The notes under the pieces: model-generated
The model's input: the letters and a program-made list of their open reading frames with translations, nothing else
Databases searched by the model: none
What the model was told of the DNA's origin: nothing
Shown: positions 55,001-64,000 of the stretch, piece by piece
How the letters are laid out: every line of letters begins with the position of its first letter
Numbering within the stretch: position 1 is the first letter of the stretch
Position numbers and translations under genes: made by a program
Origin: Paramecium tetraurelia
Taxonomy: Eukaryota
Direction of reading: 5' to 3'
Assembly: GCA_000165425.1 (NCBI GenBank)
Contig: CT868670.1
Span: 186,001-250,000, forward strand
DNA: 64,000 nucleotides

Positions 55001-56496
55001 TACATTTAAAAGGTTAGTCACAATGCTTCAGAACAGATTTCAATTAGAAAATTATGAACCAGAAATCGATGAGATGATAGATTATGAATAGTTATTGGTA
55101 TTTTTTATGTAATTAATTAGAGAATGTAATTTTATTAAAGAATGAATACACTCTAGAACATAACTTGATAAAAGATATCTCGTTTCTTTAATTGTTAGAA
55201 ATTTCTTATTATAAGAAACAAATGAATCAGTTTATAAGCTATGATTAGTATATGGAATTTGTGAAATTTTAGTCGAAGAATCAGACAATTTATAATTTAA
55301 GGTTGTATACCTTATATTATATGATAAAGTAATTTTGTTAGATACAATTCTACAATGATTACAATATAGTTATAATAGTATTACAATGGTTCTGCTGCAT
55401 TTTGAACCTAATTCAGTTTTTGATAAACAGAAAGCCCTACTTTGAAAAATGGAAGATCCTTATAAAAATGCTATTACTCATTTAAGTTATATTAGCAGGG
55501 ATAGCTATAGTTTTAGATGATAGTGATGAATTGAAGAATGTTCATGTTTATGAGATCGTTTTCATCTAATGTGTATTTTGTAGTGTTTAAATTCTTAGTT
55601 TTTGGGTAAAAGTGTTATTTTGTTTTTTCAACTTTTTTTACCTAATAATAATCATTTGCATTGATGGAACTTAATTAATAAGTATATTTTTCATTTTCGT
55701 AAGTTCAATGTACAATTTGACTTTGATATTATTCATCGAACAATAATAAGTAGGTTGTTTTAATCAAAAGAACATTTTTAAAACTCAACAGCAAAAAGAA
55801 TCATAATTACTTCAGTATTTATTGCCTAAACACATACTAAATAAGTTTTTGGATGACAGAATTAATAACATAGGAATTTGCGATAAATTAGATAAATTGA
55901 CAATTCTATTTGCTGACATTGCTGGTTTTACAGAATATTCAAGTAAAGTGAAACCAGAAGAAGTCTTAGTAATGTTGAAAAATCTGTTCGTAGAATTTGA
56001 TAGAAAATGTTGTGAATTGAATGTCTATAAATTGTACACAATTGGAGATTGCTATGTTGCAATTGGGATGATTGATTACAATAATAGAAATCCTCATTAA
56101 GAAGCAAAGAATATTGTGGATTTAGCTTTTGAGATGATTAAAATAATAACTTAGGTGAGAAAGTAAATAAACTTTGATGGATTGAATATGAGAATAGGAA
56201 TACATACTGGCTCAGTGTTTGGAGGAATCATGGGAACAGATATCGTAAGATATGATATCTACGGTCCAGATGTGCTAATTGCAAATAAAATGGAATCAAA
56301 TGGAGTTAAGGGTTTTGTACATGTTAGTTAAGAAACCAAAGCATATTTAGAATAAGATTATGATGATCTTTTTACTTTTGAAATGCATACTACAATAGAT
56401 CTTAAAACCATCAAAAGACAGATTGAAGGATTTCTAATACATAAATTAGAATAAGATCATTTTCCAGAGGAAGAAGATTAATTTTTAAGTTCCTGA
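49035..56496 (+). CDS. Bifunctional P-type-ATPase-like / guanylyl cyclase (alveolate type); start may be 49035 or 49074
   Basis: P4-ATPase-like N-half (VQDIKIGEVILLQRNEIAPCDIIV). Two TM blocks. First cyclase domain with KIETVGKTY and KPQFSLIGDTVNTTSR, second with LFADIAGFT, KLYTIGDCY and RYDIYGPDVLIANKMES. Confidence 0.9.
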
Positions 56497-56646
56497 TAGC
56501 AGTACTATTTGTTTTTGTGATTATATATTTAGCAATTCGATTATCTTTATTTATAACATATTTCTACAACCATGATATTATGCAGAGACATCGAAAAATC
56601 CACAAGAAGATTTATACAAAAAAATCGTAATTAATTTATAAAATTT

Positions 56647-57852
56647 ATGAGTTCAAAGAAAACCGCTACCTTGGATTATATAACCACAAAAGTTAAACCA
56701 GTGTTTGATTAATTGATTGCTCGTATTGTAATTGAAAAACCAGATGATGTTTATACATGGTCAATAAATTGGTTATAAAAATAGTGTAAATATTTATCGA
56801 TTGTTCATATTTAGAAAGAGGTTAATTATAGTTGCAAGTGGTAAATAATGATCTCAGTGAAGAAGAGGAGGAGGAAGAGGAACTGGTTTTGGAAATTAAA
56901 TAGACTCAAAAGCAATAGACAAGATCGGCAGTATCTGCTGAAGTTTATGGAGAATATAACAAAAAAGAGGATTTCAAACCAAGATTTATATAAAAGTCCT
57001 AGGGATAGATTGATAGAATTAAGAAAAGAATCCTTAATTCTTTTATGTTTTAGGCATTAGATGAAAAGGATCTTAATATCGTTTTAGGAGCAATGGAAGA
57101 AAAGAAGTTTTAGTAATTTTATATATTAATTTAAAGGGATGGAGATTTTGTAATTAAACAAGGTGAAGATGGAAATGAATTATATGTGATTGATGAAGGT
57201 CGTCTTGAATGTTACAAAAGATTTGCAGGCTTGTAAGAAGAAAAGTTACTGAAGACATACATTCCTGGTGAATCCTTTGGTGAACTAGCATTATTGTATA
57301 ATGCTCCAAGAGCTGCTACCATTAAGGCAATCGAAAATGTCACAACATTTGCTTTGGATAGAGAAACTTTTAATAATATTGTCAAATTTTCAGCTATAAA
57401 AAAAAGAGAATAAATGGAAGAAATCTTAGGTAAAATTGAGTTACTCCAATCTATGGATAATTATGAAAGAGTTTAGTTGTGTGATGTATTGAGGGAGGAA
57501 AAGCATTAGGCAGGCAAATCTATTATTACAGAGGTTCAATCATTTTAATATATTAGGGAGAAATAGGAGATCGTATTTATTTAATTATTGAAGGAGAACT
57601 TGAAGCTTATTCAAATAAATTAAATGAAAAAGTGTACGACTACAAATCCGGAGATTATTTTGGGGAATTAGCCTTATTAAAAAATAGTCCAAGATAAGCA
57701 ACCGTTATTGCTAAAGTAATATTGACTAATACTTTTAGACAGATGTTACCTTACTTTATTGCGATTTCAATTCTTTCAAAAGGTTAATGGGTCCACTTGA
57801 GCAAGTTCTACAGAGAAATATGGAGAGATATTAACATTATTTATAATAATGA
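56647..57852 (+). CDS. cAMP-dependent protein kinase regulatory subunit with N-terminal D/D-like domain
   Basis: YITTKVKPVFDQLIARIVIEKPDDVYTWSINWL (RIIa/Dpy-30-like), inhibitor site TRSAVSAEVYG, cNMP motifs [15 protein letters not shown] and FGELALLKNSPRQAT. Confidence 0.9.
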
Positions 57853-57947
57853 TTAGAAATTCATATAAACAACAATTCCACTATTTTTATTTTCTAATAT
57901 AAAATCTAGGAGAAAATAATAATAACAATTAATATAAATAGTTGATA

Positions 57948-58694
57948 TCAGTTGCAATTCTTTTATATAGATCTCGATATTCTTTAGTTTCTATTGAACA
58001 AAATCTTATATGATCTATCCCATGGCATATCCCAATCTAAGTCAGGTATTACATTATATAACTGTCTTTAATTTATTTTAGTTCTCCTCAGAGTTGATTA
58101 TTGATAAGATGAGGACAGAGTATTCTAATCACTCTCTGGACTTTTAGATAAATTCAGCATTCTTATCCTTTTTGTCTGTGATTCTGAAGATTTTTTCACC
58201 TCTAATTTATTTTGATCAATTGTCATTAGTAGTTTTCTTCTCATTACTTAAACAGGTTTTAATTGAGGCTCCTTTTTTTTGACTTAAAGTCGATAATACT
58301 CTAAAAGCCATTTAATCATTAGAATAATGAATGATTGATTTTTATGCATCTCATTTTCCAAGATTAATTAGATTTTTTATGCTTTGTCTTAAAATTCGTT
58401 TTCTTGAAAAAATTCCATATATAGTTTAGCAATAAAATCATACACTTGCATTGGAAGTAAAGGTTGAATAGGTTTATTCATTAGTTGAGCTGATTGTTCA
58501 TAGAAATTCAATCTGATTAAATTAAATCATAATTTCTCTTACTTTTCATCGATATGTACTCTTTAGAAACGATATAAAACTTGGAGTAATTAATTCTCCT
58601 AATTTATACGTTCTTTATCAATTTTTGGGTCATATGGCTAATTTTCAAATAGCTGTTATTGTCTCAATTTTATCAAGTTAATTAACTATAACAT
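57948..58694 (-). CDS. Hypothetical protein
   Basis: MLQLINLIKLRQQQLFENQPYDPK... with a 30-nt intron, ending ...DWDMPWDRSYKILFNRNQRISRSIQKNCN*. Confidence 0.6.
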
Positions 58695-59489
58695 AAAATT
58701 AATATGAAGTATTTTGTTCTAATATTATATATCACTCTCCTTAATCTTTTAATGAAGGTAACCAAATATGTATTGGCTTCACTAAATTAGTATTATAACT
58801 ATGTAAAATTCTGTATTGATGATCTCCAAGAATAACTTTAGATAATTTATGTTTTTAAATACAACTAAATTAGTAATCCACTAAATATCAATCAAAAATA
58901 AAATATAAAATTCTCTCTAATATTTATCTCTTACTCTTATTGTGATTAGATTAGTATTGATGTTTAAATAATAAAGCAATTAAGATGTTAATTTAAAAGA
59001 TAATAAAATCAATATGTCTAAGTATTCTGCAATATTAATAGATAAACAATAAAATTATCTATAAATCTCCATTCCTATTCATAAGAAATAGTGGAAAAAT
59101 CTTTTAGGTTATATCGTTATGTCTTTAAAATCTTTCAAGTATATCAAAAAAATTAAAAACGAATAATAATTTCAATATCAAATAATTTAATTTTTAATAA
59201 ATATTTTGAAAAGCAAAATGAAACACAAACTTAATATTTTATAAATTGGATTTATGCTTATTTTAAATCAATATTTGCTTAAAGAATGAATAATCATACG
59301 ATTTTTTAATTTCAATAATCCTTTAAATTTACCTCATTAATACCATTTTAATTATCAGTTAAGCTAAGAATGTGATAATTTTAGCTCACCAAGTAATTAT
59401 GATAAGGAATTAACAGTAAAAAAAATTTAATTAAGAATTAATATAGGGTATGTTTTGGTTCAATTAATAATTAATTTAATAAAGATTTA

Positions 59490-60365
59490 ATGAGAAATTC
59501 TCAAACAACTTCAAACCTTGCAAACTTTTCGGATCACTAAAGCAATCTGCCAGCATCAAGTGCAAGAATAAACAAAATAGAAATTAAATCTTCAGTGGTT
59601 AAAAAAGAAAGCCGATAATGTACAAGCCATGTTGATGCATTATAAAGAAAATCAATAAAAGTTAAAAATCTACTTATTATAACTGATGACTAAGTAAAAT
59701 AATTCTCTATTCTCAAGAAACTATTACAAAATGCTAAAGAGAGTGTACAATCTTATAGAAGTCCTAAACACTTGCTAAAAAAAGATGAGAAGAGTCTGGA
59801 CTAAGAGAGTAAGGGAAAGTAGAGAGTACTTTCTCCTATTGAATAAAACGAAGTGATTGAATATTTGCAGAGAAAAAATGAAGAATTAGTTTAAGAAAAT
59901 AAATAAAAACAATAACTCATTAATAGATTATTGGGGGGATGTAATGGATCTTAAAGGATAAAGAAAGTTCAATCACCTAAATCTTTAATGACATTGAAAT
60001 CAATTCCAAAATCTGCTGAGGCTGAAAAATAGATGGAGACATTCTTTAGACTACCTTTAATTAAAACGCCAGAACCATAATTAGATTAGAAACAGGAAGT
60101 TTAAAGAAGATAGGTTGAGAATGAAAGAAATGAATCGCATAATTTATATAACATGAGTTTTGGAAATTAAATAAATTAAAATGAAGAAAAAAAAACAAAA
60201 GAATAGTTTGAATTAACATCAAATTACAATGGATAAAGCAGCCTAAGAATAAAATTGCATTCATAACCTAATCATCCTATAAAAAAGAATCATTTTTTAA
60301 AATTTCTTTTAAAATTGCCTTAGGAATTTCATCTAGAGATGGGCAATCAAAAAATATAACTTTGA
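59490..60365 (+). CDS. Hypothetical protein with short coiled coil
   Basis: Ciliate-code ORF MRNSQTTSNLANF... to TGA at 60363 (876 bp). No recognisable domain. Confidence 0.65.
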
Positions 60366-60390
60366 TTTTATTAATATATTTATATACTTT

Positions 60391-62265
60391 TCATTAGAAG
60401 GATATATTTTCAACTGCATTTAATTGATTTGCTTAAGGTCCTTTCTGATCGTTTTATTTAGGTTATTGATTATTGCTTTCGCCAAATCCATCATCTTGAT
60501 TTTATTATTGGTCTTCTTACTATTAAACAGGCTCCTCATCATATTATTATATGGCTTATTAATTAATATCTTCTTGTTCTTAAGGTTCATTTATTTAATT
60601 ATCATCTTCTTGCTATTATGGTTGATTTACAATATTATCATCTTCTTGTTAAATTCTATTTGGTTTTGCGGAGTTAGATTATTTTTAATCATTCGTAGTA
60701 AGTTTTAAGGGTTTCTATTGAGCTCTTGCAGGTGCTCTTTGATCATATGCATCTTCAGAATAATCGTTATTTTCCACTCTTGCTGTTGTAATTTAATTGC
60801 TTGCTTTTGGGGCTTGGTTTTTTTTAACATCTTATGTTTTTTTAACTTCTTGAGTTTTTTTAACTTAGGGTTATTATTATGCTTATTTCTCCTTTTTATA
60901 ACCATATTCTTATTTTCTATCTGTTTTTGGTTAAACTTCAATGGGTTTTCCATCTCCATGTTTGCCTTTGTATAATTCAATAATTTATTGTAAAGATTCA
61001 TTTGATTCACTAAATTGTCCTTCTTCTAATCCTTGTCCTACATACCACGAAACAAATGCTCTTTTTGAATAAAGAGTGCTAAATCGTTTTTTAAGGGATT
61101 CAAAACTTTACAAGACACCAGTAGAATGGGCTAACATACAAGCAGTTTTGCTATATTTTGCAAATGGGTAATTTGGCAGAGTGCAAGGTTGAGCCATTGA
61201 AACACAAGTTTAATAAGCCACTTAAGTTCCTTCTGCAAAGCGTATTTCTTCTGATTGTTTGATTTGTTTAATCACATAATTTAATTCAGGCAGAGGACAA
61301 TCTCCTTTGAAAAATAGGGATGAACCAAGGTATTTATGGGTTAGTCTATTGAAACTAAGAAGATGTCCATTATCGTCAAATAAAGATTCTGTTATGTTTT
61401 AAAGATTAGGTTTTTTTAAATGCTGTTAATCAGTGTAGATGAATGGAGAGTAGGAAGTCCATAGAAATTATTATTTGGGTGTTGTTATTAGGTTAGTTCT
61501 CATATCATTAAAATCAACCAATTTAGTCCCTCGAAATCTAATTGATTGAGAAATTGATGAAATTGTTTAAGCAATCATATAATTGAGATGACTAAAATTG
61601 GGTGTTTCAAAATCTAATTAATTCTGGCATACTTTATACATAGCAGCATTATCATAAAGAATATTGAAATCTGACAATTCTGAAAGTGTTGGCAAAGTGA
61701 GTATTGTATTATAGGGTTCAACAATAGGTTAAGTAAATAATTAATCTTGTTTAGTTGATGGAAATACTGACACAGTCAACTTTGTTGTTTTAGCAGTTTC
61801 ATCATTCAACAATTATAATAATTTGCATGTGAAACCGCTTCCAAATCCTCCTGCTAATGAATGATATATTATAATAGCTGAGGCTGCATCTGCAGCTTCC
61901 AACATTTTGCGAACGATTTCATCGGCAGCACGAGAAGACCGATCTTTTTCATCATATTATGTGATTTTCTTGGATGCCCATATTGATGATGCATCATCTT
62001 TAAATAATTTAATGAGGTTTTAATTCAAGACCTTCTTTAATGGTCCTCTATTAAGTGAATTGATAGTAAGTGGGTCATCATCAAAGAATGCAGCCCTGGG
62101 TACATTTGCTTTAGTTTATGACTCTGAAAATAAAACCTAGAGATTCTAAGAGCTTGGAGCAGAACCATCAGGTTGAATTCCGTGTTCTAAACAAAGCAAT
62201 TCCCAAGCAGTATTTCCTATTTGGATTCCAGCTTATCCAACATGAAATTAAAGAATCTCTCTCAT
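60391..62265 (-). CDS. Divergent alpha-like tubulin (624 aa) with ~190-aa low-complexity C-terminal tail
   Basis: Intronless 625 codons. [75 protein letters not shown], then a basic and an acidic Q-rich tail. Confidence 0.9.
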
Positions 62266-62328
62266 TTTGTAATAAATAATTATATTGTGATGTGTTTTTA
62301 TATATTGATTTGTATATAAATTGATTTA

Positions 62329-63679
<1,351 letters not shown>

Positions 63680-64000
63680 TTTTAAAGTGCTATGTGATGA
63701 AAACTCTCTAAAAAAATTATTTGAATTTCAGCAGTTACTTTCATATTTGAATATCCAAAATATCCTTGCACCGGGGTACATTAAATTTGAATTATTATTC
63801 ATTTTTATACAATCCAATATAAAAACTATATTTTATAAAATAAGTATATGCTTCCAATTCTAATTCTCACCTTTATTACGTTGGCTCGATAAGAAACAAC
63901 CAAACTTAATTTTTCATAGTTTGATGAACCACTCAAAATCAAATAAATCTACTATTTAACACGCTTCATAGATTTAGAAAAGTCACTAAATTTGACAACG

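Noticed and set aside
59014..59289. ~91-codon plus-strand ORF
   Set aside because: Extremely AT-rich with no motif. Such ORFs arise by chance when TGA is the only stop.
60424..61010. Hydrophobic ORF-track proteins resembling membrane proteins
   Set aside because: Antisense or off-frame shadows of the Q/E/K-rich tail of the alpha-like tubulin.
63680..64000. Open frames on both strands upstream of alpha-tubulin
   Set aside because: Truncated by the window edge with no recognisable motif, so the strand cannot be decided.

Overview
AT-rich, gene-dense eukaryotic DNA. It is almost certainly ciliate macronuclear sequence of Paramecium type: TAA/TAG read as Gln, TGA is the only stop, and the GT..AG introns are about 20-30 nt. 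The supplied standard-code ORF track therefore fragments real genes and contains many shadow ORFs, so I re-translated by eye with the ciliate code. About 30 genes are supported: USP7-like deubiquitinase, CCX/NCLX-type Ca2+ exchanger, ET-domain protein with a degenerate bromodomain, SIMPL/DUF541 protein, a small membrane protein, TmcB/C-like PAS membrane protein, DP transcription factor, NEK, a PH-kinase pseudogene, a CK1-like pseudokinase, stand-alone CRIM protein, NPHP4-like protein, an acylated RVxF micro-protein, Vps8, QALGGH-type zinc finger, cystatin, two architecturally different PKA regulatory subunits, Rab6, POP4, epiplasmin, CaMKK, FHA/RINGv ligase, a P-type-ATPase-fused guanylyl cyclase, and a tandem pair of a canonical alpha-tubulin and a highly divergent long-tailed alpha-like tubulin. 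No rRNA, tRNA, transposon, CRISPR or telomeric repeat was seen. Family assignments are by motif recognition only and no searches were run.
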